A stretch of DNA of 47,850 bases from Actinomycetes bacterium (GCA_031369745.1 JANMPG010000100.1:1-47850), one strand, 5' to 3'. Positions 16,881-26,361 are shown, numbered from the stretch's first letter. Notes: generated from the sequence alone by a model not told the origin. A program made the numbers and translations.

Positions 16881-18218
16881 ATGACTGCCCACGGCGACAT
16901 CGACCGCGACGGCATCCGGCGCCTGCGCGCCGAGGAACTGACGCGCTTTCGTGCCGAGCGGCCCCGAACGATGGCGCTGCAGGCCCGCGCGCGAATGCAC
17001 ATGCCCAACGGAACGCCGATGGCGTGGATGGTGTCGGACAACGACCAGCCGATCTACATCGACCGAGGCGAGGGCGTGGGGTTCACCGACGTGGACGGCT
17101 TCACCTACCTGGACTTCAACGCCAGCGACATGGCGATGTTCTGCGGTCACGCGAACCCCGCCATCGTTCGGGCTGTGCAGGAACGGGCTGCTCGCTCCAC
17201 CCAGTTCCTGCTGCCGAGCGAGGACTCGATCATCGTCGCCGAGGAGTTGGCGCGCCGGTACCCGGCGCAATCGCACTGGCAGTTCACGCTTTCCGCGACG
17301 CAGGCCAATACCGAAGCGATCCGCCTCGCGCGGGCCGTCACCGGCCGCGACGTCGTCGTGCTGTTCGAGGGCCACTACCACGGGCACTTCGAAGAGGGTC
17401 TGGTCGATCTGGAGGGCGGTCACGCGGAGGCGTATCAGCGGGGATTGTCCAAAGGGGTGACCGGTCGGGTCCGTATCGCCCAGTTCAACGACGAGGAGTC
17501 GCTGACCGAGGCGCTCGCGCAGGGCGATGTCGCGATCGTGCTGACCGAACCGGCGATGACCAACACGGTTCACTTCCTGTCGCCACGGCACGGGTGGCAC
17601 GACGCGCTGCGGCGGATCACCCGGGCGCAAGGAACCTTCCTCGCCATCGACGAAACACACACCCACGTCGTGGGCGAAGGCGGTGCCACCGAAATCTTCG
17701 GCCTCGATCCCGACATCGTGACGATCGGCAAGGCGGTGGCAGGCGGTGTTCCCATGGGGGCGTACGGGGTGACGCCGGCTCTCGCCGAAGAACTCGACGT
17801 CGCGAAGAACGTCGCGACAGGCGGGACGCTGTTCGGCAACCCGCTGTCGGCCGCGGCGGCACGCGCGGCGCTGACGGAGGTGCTCGTGCCCGAGGCCTAC
17901 GCCCGCGCGAGTGCCGCGGGGGCGCGATTGGCCGACGGCATCGACGACGCGATCGCCGCGGCCCACCTGCCGTGGACGACGATCCGTTTCGGCCCCCGAT
18001 CGGGGCAGTGGTACGGACCGCAGCCGAACACGGGTGCCGAGGCGCACGCGCTCACCGACCCCGACCTCACTTCGCTGCTGCGCGTGTGGCTCGCGAACCG
18101 CGGTGTGTGGGAGGCCCTGCCGGGCGCCGGGCCGACCGCGCCGGTCCCGACCACCGATGCCGACGTCGACCGCTACGTCGAGGCCTATGGCGAGCTCCTC
18201 ATCACGCTGACGGCCTGA
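16881..18218 (+). CDS. Class III PLP-dependent aminotransferase/aminomutase (glutamate-1-semialdehyde aminomutase-like)
   Basis: It has whole-length class-III fold features and the PLP-lysine context DIVTIGKAVAGGVPMGAYG. Confidence 0.85.
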   Translation: MTAHGDIDRDGIRRLRAEELTRFRAERPRTMALQARARMHMPNGTPMAWMVSDNDQPIYIDRGEGVGFTDVDGFTYLDFNASDMAMFCGHANPAIVRAVQERAARSTQFLLPSEDSIIVAEELARRYPAQSHWQFTLSATQANTEAIRLARAVTGRDVVVLFEGHYHGHFEEGLVDLEGGHAEAYQRGLSKGVTGRVRIAQFNDEESLTEALAQGDVAIVLTEPAMTNTVHFLSPRHGWHDALRRITRAQGTFLAIDETHTHVVGEGGATEIFGLDPDIVTIGKAVAGGVPMGAYGVTPALAEELDVAKNVATGGTLFGNPLSAAAARAALTEVLVPEAYARASAAGARLADGIDDAIAAAHLPWTTIRFGPRSGQWYGPQPNTGAEAHALTDPDLTSLLRVWLANRGVWEALPGAGPTAPVPTTDADVDRYVEAYGELLITLTA

Positions 18219-18237
18219 GGGACGTACCATCCGGCAC

Positions 18238-19332
18238 ATGACGCCCGCGCCCCCGATCCCGTTCCTGCGCGTGCGAGGCACCTATGCGGAGGTGGGTGCG
18301 GCGATCGGCGTGGCCGGCCGCACGACGATCACCGAGGCGTGCGACACGACCAACTGGGACGCTCCCGCCGGACGTTCGGTCGCAGGCCAACTCACGCTCG
18401 CCGATCGATACGCCGAGATCACGCGGCCGGCGATGCCGTGGCTATTCGAGGAGCTCGAGGGCTGTGCCGAGGCGGCTGGCGTCGATCCCCGGGCGTTGTG
18501 GGCCCGATCGATCGAGGAGATCTGGTACGAACCCCGCGTCGCCGGTCGGACGGGTGCGGCCATCACGGGCCGCTGCAGCGATCTCGTAGCGGTGGCACCC
18601 GCGACCGCAGATGGACACACCCTCACGGCGCACAACAACGATCTGTCTCGTCGCTACCAGGATTCGCTGATCGCGATCGAGCGCACGTGCCAGGACGATC
18701 CGACCGTGTTGACGATCGGCAACGGCATCTGGATCAGCGTGGGCTGGAACAGCGCCGGGCTGAACCTGACGGGCAACGAGTTGAGTCCGAACGACGAGCG
18801 CGTCGGGATCCCGCGCGAGAGTCAGGTGCGCGCGATGCTGCGCGAGCGCACACTGACAGACATGATCGCGGTCGCCGTGACCCCTGACCGAGCATCGTCG
18901 TACAACAATGTGCTGGTCGACCAGGAAGGAGCGGTGGCCAACGTGGAAGGCTCGGCCTCCGCCGCGGAGATCACGCAAGCCGATCCCGCCGGGCATCTGG
19001 TGCACACCAACCACTACGTCTGCGACTCGATGCTCGGCTTCGAAGGCGACCCGGACTACGCGGTGTTGTCCGGGCGGCGATATGCACGGGCCGCGGAACT
19101 CCTGGCGGCTACCGAGCCGGGCACCATCACGATGGATGTCCTCCACGGGTTCTTGCAAGACCACGTCAACGCCCCCGACTCACTTTGCCGCCACGAAGCG
19201 CCCGGGCGCACGGCGGTCACCGCCTTTTGGTGTGTCGCCGATGTCACCGACGGCCTGATCCGCTACGGCCCGGGGAACCCGTGCGATTCGGTGGCGCAGG
19301 AGTATCGCTTCGGGGCCGGCGCGAGCGTGTGA
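18238..19332 (+). CDS. Peptidase C45 family protein (acyl-CoA:6-aminopenicillanic acid acyltransferase-like, Ntn hydrolase)
   Basis: The candidate autoprocessing Cys lies in TGRCSDLVAV, followed by the TLTAHNNDL and NNVLVD motifs typical of the family. Confidence 0.75.
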   Translation: MTPAPPIPFLRVRGTYAEVGAAIGVAGRTTITEACDTTNWDAPAGRSVAGQLTLADRYAEITRPAMPWLFEELEGCAEAAGVDPRALWARSIEEIWYEPRVAGRTGAAITGRCSDLVAVAPATADGHTLTAHNNDLSRRYQDSLIAIERTCQDDPTVLTIGNGIWISVGWNSAGLNLTGNELSPNDERVGIPRESQVRAMLRERTLTDMIAVAVTPDRASSYNNVLVDQEGAVANVEGSASAAEITQADPAGHLVHTNHYVCDSMLGFEGDPDYAVLSGRRYARAAELLAATEPGTITMDVLHGFLQDHVNAPDSLCRHEAPGRTAVTAFWCVADVTDGLIRYGPGNPCDSVAQEYRFGAGASV

Positions 19333-19338
19333 GCCAGA

Positions 19339-20004
19339 TCACTCGATGGCGTCGTGCAGGAGCTGCAGCGTCACCAGGTCGCCACTTGCCTGCGCCAAGG
19401 ACACCGCAGTTGCGCCCGCGTCGTTCGCGATCGTCGGATCCGCGCCGGCGTCCAGCAGTGCGCGCACGCCCTCCACGTCGGCGTTCTGCGCCGCTGCGTG
19501 TAGCGGCGTATGGCCCTGCGCCTGCTGCACGTTCGGGTCGGCGCCGGTCTCCAGGAGCAGACGCACGATCTCGGTGTGCGCGCCCGCGGCAGCAGCGCTG
19601 AGCGGGGTGCCCGTCATCCACCCTTGCCCCCGCACGTCGGCCGCCGCCCCGCGCGCCAGCAGCAGCCGGACCGCATCGGTCTGGCCGAAGAACGCCGCCA
19701 GGTGCAGCGGCGTGAAGCCGTCGCCACTCGTCGCGTCGACCAGCTCTGGATGTTCGGCGAACAGCTCGCTCAGCCGGTCTAGGTCACCGAACGCGGCCGA
19801 TTCGAACACGTCGAGTGCTTCGACGTGGGCTTTGACCGCTTCCACGAGCGAGCGATCCATCTCGTAGCGCGCCCGCATGAGGGCCGACACGCCGTGGGCG
19901 TCGCGGTCCACGGCGAGCCACGGCTGCTCCTCCAGCAGCGAACGCACCCCGTCGACGTCAGACGCCGCGATCAGATCGAACAACTCGTGCATGGTGCTTG
20001 CCAT
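19339..20004 (-). CDS. Ankyrin-repeat protein
   Basis: There are at least three canonical repeats (TPLHLAAFFGQTDAVRLLLARGA, TPLSAAAAGAHTEIVRLLLETGADPN, TPLHAAAQNADVEGVRALLDAGADP). No signal peptide is present. An SD GGGAGGA precedes the start. Confidence 0.85.
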   Translation of the reverse strand: MASTMHELFDLIAASDVDGVRSLLEEQPWLAVDRDAHGVSALMRARYEMDRSLVEAVKAHVEALDVFESAAFGDLDRLSELFAEHPELVDATSGDGFTPLHLAAFFGQTDAVRLLLARGAAADVRGQGWMTGTPLSAAAAGAHTEIVRLLLETGADPNVQQAQGHTPLHAAAQNADVEGVRALLDAGADPTIANDAGATAVSLAQASGDLVTLQLLHDAIE

Positions 20005-20025
20005 GTGCCGATCCTCCCACTAGCA

Positions 20026-20056
20026 TCTCTATTTGCTTAGGCTAAGCAATTAGAGA
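20026..20056. promoter_or_regulatory. 31-bp near-perfect palindrome, candidate MarR operator
   Basis: TCTCTATTTGCTTAG-G-CTAAGCAATTAGAGA has 14 of 15 arm positions complementary. It fills most of the 51-bp spacer between the divergent ankyrin and marR genes and ends on the A of the marR ATG. Confidence 0.55.
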
Positions 20057-20505
20057 TGAGCGCGTCAAGGCGGACTTCCCCAACGCGAGAGGTCGAGGCC
20101 GTCGCCGATCGGCTCCATTCGGCGGCCTTGCACCTCTTGCGTCGCCTGCGCACGCAGGACGACGCGTTCGGCGTGTCCCCTCCCCGCCTGTCCGCGCTGT
20201 CGGTCGTCGTCCAGGTCGGCCCCGTGGGGATCGGTGCGCTGGCGGCCACCGAGCGCGTGGCGGCCCCGACGATGACCCGCCTGGTCGACGGTTTGGAGCG
20301 CGACGGGTTCGTTCGGCGACGAGCCGACCCCGCGGATGCCCGCGGAGTGCTGGTCGAGGCAACCGCCGCGGGGCGACGGGTGCTCACGAAGGGTCGTCAG
20401 CAGCGCGTGCGCACGCTCGCCCAGGATCTGGCGGCGTTGTCGCAGGCCGAACTGGTCGAGATCGGGCGGGGGGCCGAGCTGATCGAGCGCGTCACGCGGC
20501 GCTAG
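20056..20505 (+). CDS. MarR family transcriptional regulator
   Basis: The winged-HTH layout is typical of MarR (LSALSVVVQVGPVGIGALAATERVAAPTMTRLVDGLERDGFVRRRADPADARGVLV). Confidence 0.85.
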   Translation: MSASRRTSPTREVEAVADRLHSAALHLLRRLRTQDDAFGVSPPRLSALSVVVQVGPVGIGALAATERVAAPTMTRLVDGLERDGFVRRRADPADARGVLVEATAAGRRVLTKGRQQRVRTLAQDLAALSQAELVEIGRGAELIERVTRR

Positions 20506-21677
20506 AGCGTTCGACCGCCCTGCCACACGGTGCGAGGCTTCGCGAGGGTGCCGAGATCCTCGACCGGGTTCGCGTTCCACAGCACCAGGTCGGCGAGGAA
20601 ACCCTCGCGCACGTGACCGATGTCGGCGACCCGCAGCAGTTCCGCACCGTTCGCGGTGGCCGCAACCATCGCTTGGAGTGGAGACATACCCCAATCGACC
20701 AGGTAGCCGATCTCACGGCCCGCCGATCCGTGCGGGTTGAACGGCGTGCCGGCGTCGGTCGACACGACGTGACGAACACCGGCTTTGATCCCGCGCCGCA
20801 TGCTGCGACGCGAGTCCTCGTACACCTCGCGCGCCTTTTCGACCGCATACGCCGGCACGGTGTCGGGGTGCTCGACGATGCCTTGCACCGCGCACAGCGT
20901 CGGCCCGCGGAACGTGCCACGCGACACCATCTCGCGCGCCGCCTCCGCGGTGAGCTGGTTGCAGTGCTCCACGCTGTCGACCCCGGCGCGCACCGCCCCG
21001 AGGATCCCCGGCGCCCCGATCGCATGGGCGGCGACCCCTCGCCCCCACGAGTGGGCCTCGTCCACCGCGGCCCCGATCTCCTCGGGTGTCATCGCGGTGA
21101 ACGTCGCGGGGATGTCGGGTGTCAGCACGCCGCCGGTCGCGATCACCTTGATCGATCGCGCGCCGGCCTTGATCTGCTCGCGGACCGCCTTGCGCGCGTC
21201 GTCGGCGCCGTCGATCTCGCGCGCGATCCCGATGTTGTGGCCGTGACCGCCGGTGATCGTGAGTGCACGTCCCGATGCGACGACCCGAGGCCCCGGCACG
21301 ATGCCGTCCTCCACAGCTGCCGCAACCTCACAGGTACCGAGGCCCCCCAGATCGCGCACCGACGTGACGCCGGCCGCCAGATGGCGGCGCAGGTTCATGG
21401 TCGACTTGATCGATGCACGCGCCATTCCCATCCCGGCTGCCTCCGCGGCGAAGTCCGCACCTCCGTCGAAGTTCAGATGCACGTGGCAGTCGATCAACCC
21501 CGGGGTGAGCGTCTTGCCGGTACCGTCGACCGCGCGGGCCGCGAGCGCTTCCCGCGGCGATCGAGCGTGCGCTCCGACCCAGACGATGCGTTCACCCGCG
21601 ATCAAGACGCCCGCGTGCCGTCGGACCCGGGACCCATCGAACACGGTGACGTCGGCGACGTAGAACGAGCGCGCCAC
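20502..21677 (-). CDS. Metal-dependent amidohydrolase (COG1228-type, prolidase/imidazolonepropionase-like)
   Basis: GLIDCHVHL is the HxH metal motif. The later His and Asp ligands lie in AAHA and STDAG. Confidence 0.85.
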   Translation of the reverse strand: MARSFYVADVTVFDGSRVRRHAGVLIAGERIVWVGAHARSPREALAARAVDGTGKTLTPGLIDCHVHLNFDGGADFAAEAAGMGMARASIKSTMNLRRHLAAGVTSVRDLGGLGTCEVAAAVEDGIVPGPRVVASGRALTITGGHGHNIGIAREIDGADDARKAVREQIKAGARSIKVIATGGVLTPDIPATFTAMTPEEIGAAVDEAHSWGRGVAAHAIGAPGILGAVRAGVDSVEHCNQLTAEAAREMVSRGTFRGPTLCAVQGIVEHPDTVPAYAVEKAREVYEDSRRSMRRGIKAGVRHVVSTDAGTPFNPHGSAGREIGYLVDWGMSPLQAMVAATANGAELLRVADIGHVREGFLADLVLWNANPVEDLGTLAKPRTVWQGGRTL

Positions 21678-21678
21678 C

Positions 21679-22053
21679 TCAGCTCACCCAGGGCGGTACG
21701 ACCACCGTACCGTCGTCCTCGCGGATCAGCTTCGTGCCCGCGAGCATCGTAACGACGATCGTCGCCCCCTCGGGGCCGGCCTCGAGCCAGTGCAGCTCGT
21801 CGGGCGGCACCACGACGGAATCGCCCGCCGTGAGTTCGGTGACGTCGTCGCCGAGATGCACCGCACCCCCGCCGGCGGCAACCGTGAAGACGTCGTAGTG
21901 GTCGTGGCGGTGCGGCGGAAGCCCGCCGCCGGCCGGCAGCTCGATCTGGAACAACGCGGCCTCCGCAGCTCCCCGAGCGGGGGCGGCAAGCGAGGTGACG
22001 GCGTTCCCGCCGATCTCGAAGATGGGGTGGTCGGCGGCACGTTCGACGGGCAT
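21679..22053 (-). CDS. Cupin domain protein
   Basis: PPHRHDHYDVFTV...GDSVVVPPDELH matches the cupin motifs. Its stop is 1 nt from the amidohydrolase start. Confidence 0.75.
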   Translation of the reverse strand: MPVERAADHPIFEIGGNAVTSLAAPARGAAEAALFQIELPAGGGLPPHRHDHYDVFTVAAGGGAVHLGDDVTELTAGDSVVVPPDELHWLEAGPEGATIVVTMLAGTKLIREDDGTVVVPPWVS

Positions 22054-22124
22054 CGAGCACTCCTTGGCGACAGGGGACGCCGCATCATGCCACCGAGCCG
22101 ACGGGCCCCGCCACCTCGCCGCAC

Positions 22125-22400
22125 TCAGCCGGCGTGTTCGGCGGCACGCTCCATCTCTTCCAGACGCTCGTAATAGACGGGCGTCTCCAGCAGGTGTGCC
22201 CAGGCGATCTTGCCGGTGATCAGCGGGTCGTCGTTCGTGACGTCGGTTCGGGGGTCGCGTCGACCGTGCTCCAACTCGACCTCCATACCCGCGCGGAACG
22301 CCTCCGGCCCGAACGCCGCACCGGTGAAGTCCAGTCCGATCTCGTCCGCGACCGCGATCGCCTGCTCCAACGTGAATCCGTGCCGCGCCGCATGCATCAT
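22125..22400 (-). CDS. Small conserved hypothetical protein (DUF5661-like)
   Basis: The 91-aa product MMHAARHGF...GMEVELEHG...YYERLEEME is preceded by SD GAAGGGGG. The rest of the 269-aa track ORF is antisense to the CBS gene and was rejected. Confidence 0.55.
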   Translation of the reverse strand: MMHAARHGFTLEQAIAVADEIGLDFTGAAFGPEAFRAGMEVELEHGRRDPRTDVTNDDPLITGKIAWAHLLETPVYYERLEEMERAAEHAG

Positions 22401-22530
22401 CTCGACCCCCTTCGTTCCTTGCCTCACGTTAGGTCGGTCGCTGCGCGAAAGCCGGGTCCAACGGCCCGCGTTCTCCGGGACTCCCGCCTGAGGTAGGCTT
22501 GCTCCCCCCGGAAGCTCAGGAGGCCTTTCG

Positions 22531-22998
22531 ATGCTGGTCGGCGACATCATGCGAGACGACGTGAAGACGGCCGATGCCGGGGACACGTTCGCCGACGTGG
22601 CCAAGGTCATGCGCACCAATGGCATCTCCTCGGTCGTCGTGCTCGACAAGGACGGCACGCTCGCTGGCATCCTCACCGAACGCGACATCGTCAATCTGAT
22701 CGCCGCCGGTGGCGACCCACACACCGTGCAGGTCGCCCACGGCATGACCCGGCGCCACCTCGAGACGATCGGGCCCAAAGCCGACATCGCCGAAGCGGCA
22801 GACCAGATGGTGTCGCTGAACATCCGACACCTGCCCGTGCTCGACAAGGGTCGGGTGATCGGGATCGTGTCGATCCGCGACCTCACCAAGTGGGCTGCCG
22901 AAGAGCTCGCCGGTGGCCACGAGATGCCCGACATCGCGCGTTCGCAAACCGCGTTGAAGGCGGCGAGCGAACTGCAGAAACAACGCCAGCTCAGCTGA
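22531..22998 (+). CDS. CBS-pair domain protein
   Basis: There are two CBS repeats (ISSVVVLDKDGTLAGILTERDIV and IRHLPVLDKGRVIGIVSIRDL). An SD AGGAGG lies upstream. Confidence 0.85.
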   Translation: MLVGDIMRDDVKTADAGDTFADVAKVMRTNGISSVVVLDKDGTLAGILTERDIVNLIAAGGDPHTVQVAHGMTRRHLETIGPKADIAEAADQMVSLNIRHLPVLDKGRVIGIVSIRDLTKWAAEELAGGHEMPDIARSQTALKAASELQKQRQLS

Positions 22999-23662
22999 GC
23001 TCGGCCAGCGCCGTCGACAGCTGCGTCAGGTCCTTGATGACCGCGTCCGGGATCGTCAGCTGCGCGGGCGTCGGATCGTCGGGGGCCTCGCCGCGAAGCA
23101 CCCAGATCGTGCGCATGCCCGCCGCCTTGGCCGGGCGCATGTCGTAGTCGAGGCGATCGCCGACCATCGCGGTTCGCTCCGGCGCCACGTCCGCAAGAGC
23201 AAGCGTGTGCGTGAATAACGCGGGATCGGGTTTGTGCAGCCCCAGATCGTCAGACACCCCCCACGTTTCGAAGAACCCGACGAGCCCGTCGCGCGCCAAG
23301 GCGGCACGCACCTGGGACGGCTGGTTCGCGATCACACCGAGGCGGTATCCCTCCTCGCGGAGCGCCGCGAGCGTCTCCAACACGTCGGGCTGCAGCGCGC
23401 TCGGCGGATAGTGCCAATACCTGCCGGCGCGCTGCTCGAGCGAGCGCAGATCCGATCCGGGGCCCATGAAACGCTCGGCGAGCCGTACGCGGAACGATCG
23501 GTCCTGCGCGGCTCGGCATGCGGCGTACTCCTCGTCGAACTCTGGGTCCGTGAAGGTGGCGCCCGCCTCACGCAGCGCCCGCCGCCATGCCTCCGCGTAC
23601 ACCCGGTCGTCGTAGAGCACACCGCCGATGTCGAGGAAGACGTAGTCGATGGTCCCGGGCAC
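22991..23662 (-). CDS. HAD superfamily hydrolase
   Basis: Motif I is FLDIGGVL (a DxG variant), motif II-like is GVIANQ, and motif IV-like is MVGDRLDYD. Confidence 0.8.
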   Translation of the reverse strand: MPGTIDYVFLDIGGVLYDDRVYAEAWRRALREAGATFTDPEFDEEYAACRAAQDRSFRVRLAERFMGPGSDLRSLEQRAGRYWHYPPSALQPDVLETLAALREEGYRLGVIANQPSQVRAALARDGLVGFFETWGVSDDLGLHKPDPALFTHTLALADVAPERTAMVGDRLDYDMRPAKAAGMRTIWVLRGEAPDDPTPAQLTIPDAVIKDLTQLSTALAELS

Positions 23663-23691
23663 TCGGCGATACTAACGGGCGCCTGCCCGGC

Positions 23692-24468
23692 TCAGGCGAG
23701 CAGGTACAGCGCGATCGCGGCTGCGTTGGACACGTTCAGCGAATCGACGCCGCCGCGCATCGGGATCCGCACGCGAACATCGGCGGCCTCGAGCCACCGC
23801 GTCGACATGCCGGGCCCCTCGGCGCCAACGACGACCGCGAGCCGCGGCGACGCCGCGATCGACTCGATGACGCTGGCGCTCGGATCGGGCGTGAGCGCCG
23901 CCACGACGAAACCCCCTTCGTGCAGGGCATCGATCCCTGTCCGATGATCCAGCCTCGTCCACGCAAGGGTGAAAACCGCGCCCATCGAGGTCCGGACGGC
24001 CCGGCGGTACAGCGGATCGGCGCATCGCGTCGATACGAGCGCCGCGTCCCACCCGAGCGCCCCCGCGGAGCGGAAGATCGCCCCGACATTCGCGTGGTCC
24101 ACGAGGTCCTCCAGGACGACCACGCGCCGAGCGTCGGCGAGCAGGTCCGCCGCGTCGGCCAGCGGCCTGCGCTGGAAGGAGGCGAGCGCGCCCCGGTGCA
24201 CGGGGTAGCCGGTCGTCGTGTCCATCACGTCTTGCGCCACGACATAGGTCGTCACGTCCAGATCCGCGAGGGCGCCTACCCACCGCTCGGTGGTCAACAC
24301 CGCGCGCGGCTCATACCCCGCCGCCAGCGCCCGACGGATCGTGACCTCGCCTTCCGCCAGGAAGAATCCCTCGGCAGGCTCGCGCGCGGCGCGCATCTGT
24401 GTGTCGCGCAGGTCGAGGAAGTCGCTGAGGCGCGGGTCGCTCGCGTCGCCGACCGGCTCGACCGGCAT
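23692..24468 (-). CDS. TrmH/SpoU family RNA 2'-O-methyltransferase
   Basis: The SPOUT motifs VVGAEGPGMS and IPMRGGVDSLNVSNAAAIALY are present. Confidence 0.85.
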   Translation of the reverse strand: MPVEPVGDASDPRLSDFLDLRDTQMRAAREPAEGFFLAEGEVTIRRALAAGYEPRAVLTTERWVGALADLDVTTYVVAQDVMDTTTGYPVHRGALASFQRRPLADAADLLADARRVVVLEDLVDHANVGAIFRSAGALGWDAALVSTRCADPLYRRAVRTSMGAVFTLAWTRLDHRTGIDALHEGGFVVAALTPDPSASVIESIAASPRLAVVVGAEGPGMSTRWLEAADVRVRIPMRGGVDSLNVSNAAAIALYLLA

Positions 24469-25307
24469 CAGGCAGTGGCGCGCCGCTGCAGCTCGTCGAC
24501 GAGCTCGATCGGCGTCGTCTCGCAGCCCATCCGGTACCCGTAGCGAGCGCCGTGACAGTCCGACGCACCGGTCGGCACGAGGTCCAACCGTTCGGCAAGC
24601 GACCGGTAGTGCGCTCGCTGGGCGTCATCGTGATCGGGATGATCGACCTCGAGGCCGCCCATCCCGGCTTCCGCCATGGCCTCGATCAGCTCGTCGGGCA
24701 CCGACCCGTTGCCCTTCCACATCGCGGGGTGCGCGAGCACGCAGACCCCCCCGGCCGAGCCGATCAGCGCGAGCGCGCGCATCGGGTCGAGTGCGTGCTT
24801 CGGCACATACGCGACGCCGCCGTCGGAGATGAACCGATCGAACGCTTCCTTCTCCGTGGCGACGACGCCCGTTTCCACCATCGCCTGGGCGACGTGCGGG
24901 CGCGCGATCAGATCGTCGCCCGCGATCGCACGCACGTGATCGAAGGAGATGTCGAAACCGAGCTCCTGCAGCTTCTCGATCATGAGTTCGCCGCGACGCA
25001 ACCGCGTGTCGGTGAGCCGGCGAAGCTCATCGACCAGAGCCCGATCCAACGGGTCGGCCCAGTAGGCCAGCACATGCAGCGACGCGCCTTCGTACTCCGC
25101 CGAAAACTCGATGCCGGGGATGATGCGCAGATCGGTGCCGGCCGCCGCGTCGTCGGCCTGCGTATACCCGGCGGTCGTGTCGTGGTCGGTGATCGCGATA
25201 CCGGGCAGACCGCGCTCGATCGCGAGCTGCACGTTTTCCGCGATCGTGTTGGTGCCGTCGGATTCGCGCGAGTGCGTGTGCAGGTCGATGCCGGTCATGG
25301 TCGGCAA
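24468..25307 (-). CDS. PHP domain phosphoesterase (TrpH/YciV-like)
   Basis: IDLHTHSRESDGT is at the N-terminus, with AITDHDT and VLAHP His/Asp clusters. Confidence 0.85.
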   Translation of the reverse strand: MPTMTGIDLHTHSRESDGTNTIAENVQLAIERGLPGIAITDHDTTAGYTQADDAAAGTDLRIIPGIEFSAEYEGASLHVLAYWADPLDRALVDELRRLTDTRLRRGELMIEKLQELGFDISFDHVRAIAGDDLIARPHVAQAMVETGVVATEKEAFDRFISDGGVAYVPKHALDPMRALALIGSAGGVCVLAHPAMWKGNGSVPDELIEAMAEAGMGGLEVDHPDHDDAQRAHYRSLAERLDLVPTGASDCHGARYGYRMGCETTPIELVDELQRRATA

Positions 25308-25332
25308 GCCTGCCAGACGCGAGGCGACGGCG

Positions 25333-26361
25333 TCACCTGGGGGCGGGCGCGACCAACTCGCGGGTGATCTCCGCTACGGTGCGGCACCCCGTCAGCGCCA
25401 TGGTGTTGATGAATTCGTCCCGCAAGATGCGCAGCACGGCGGAGACGCCGGCTTCGCCGTCGGCCGCGAGACCCCAGATGGTCGGGCGGGCCGTCAACAC
25501 GGCCGAGGCCCCCAAGGCCATCGCCATCACGATGTCGGTGCCTCGACGCACGCCGCCGTCCATCAGCACGGGGATCCGCCCCTGTACCGCCGGCGCGATC
25601 TCGGCGAGGGCATCGAGCCCGGCAGGCGCGGCGTCCAGCTGCCGGCCGCCGTGATTTGACACCACGATCCCGCTCGCACCGTGTTCGATGGCTCGCAAGG
25701 CATCGTCTGCGGTGAGGATCCCCTTCACGAGGACCGGCAGTCCGGGGGCGTGATCGCGGATCCATGCGAGGTCCTCCCAGGCGATCATAGGGTCGTATTC
25801 GTAGTCGTCTCCTCGTAGCCCCATCGGCATCTGGAAACCTGTGCGCGTGTCGCGATGCCGAAGGCCGAAGGCTGGCAAATCCACCGTCCACACGATCGCG
25901 CCGAAGCCCGCCCCGACCACTCTGGCCAACATGTCGGCGCTGAATCCACGGTCGGTCGCCAGGTACAGCTGCCACCAAGCGGGAGTAGCCGCGGCCGCCG
26001 CGACATCTTCGAGCAGGTCATAGGACGTCGACGACACGACCATCAGGCAACCGGCGTCGGCCGCAGCGCGCCGCAGCGCCATCTCGCCGTCGGGGTGCGC
26101 CATCCGAGCGAATGCCCACGGCGCGACGACCAGGGGGAAGCCGAGCGATGCGCCAAGGACCGATGTTCGCGGATCCGGATCGCCCGCACCCCGCAGATAC
26201 CGGGGCCGAAAGACCCATCGGTCGAACGCATCGCGATTGGCTAGAAGCGTGCGCTCGTCCCCGGCACCGCCTGCGAAGAAGCCATACACGTCGGGGGAAA
26301 GGCGCTCTTTGGCGATGGGCTCGTACTCGTCCACCGTCAGCGGTTGCGCGGGCACATCCAT
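25333..26361 (-). CDS. FMN-dependent alpha-hydroxy acid oxidase/dehydrogenase (lactate/glycolate oxidase family)
   Basis: The SNHGGRQLD active-site motif is present, with a TIM-barrel FMN family layout. Confidence 0.88.
   Translation of the reverse strand: MDVPAQPLTVDEYEPIAKERLSPDVYGFFAGGAGDERTLLANRDAFDRWVFRPRYLRGAGDPDPRTSVLGASLGFPLVVAPWAFARMAHPDGEMALRRAAADAGCLMVVSSTSYDLLEDVAAAAATPAWWQLYLATDRGFSADMLARVVGAGFGAIVWTVDLPAFGLRHRDTRTGFQMPMGLRGDDYEYDPMIAWEDLAWIRDHAPGLPVLVKGILTADDALRAIEHGASGIVVSNHGGRQLDAAPAGLDALAEIAPAVQGRIPVLMDGGVRRGTDIVMAMALGASAVLTARPTIWGLAADGEAGVSAVLRILRDEFINTMALTGCRTVAEITRELVAPAPR

Noticed and set aside
22401-22934. The N-terminal 178 codons of the 269-aa minus-strand ORF 22125-22934
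   Set aside because: This part is antisense to the well-supported CBS-pair gene and crosses the divergent promoter region. Only the last 91 codons, preceded by an SD, look like a real protein.
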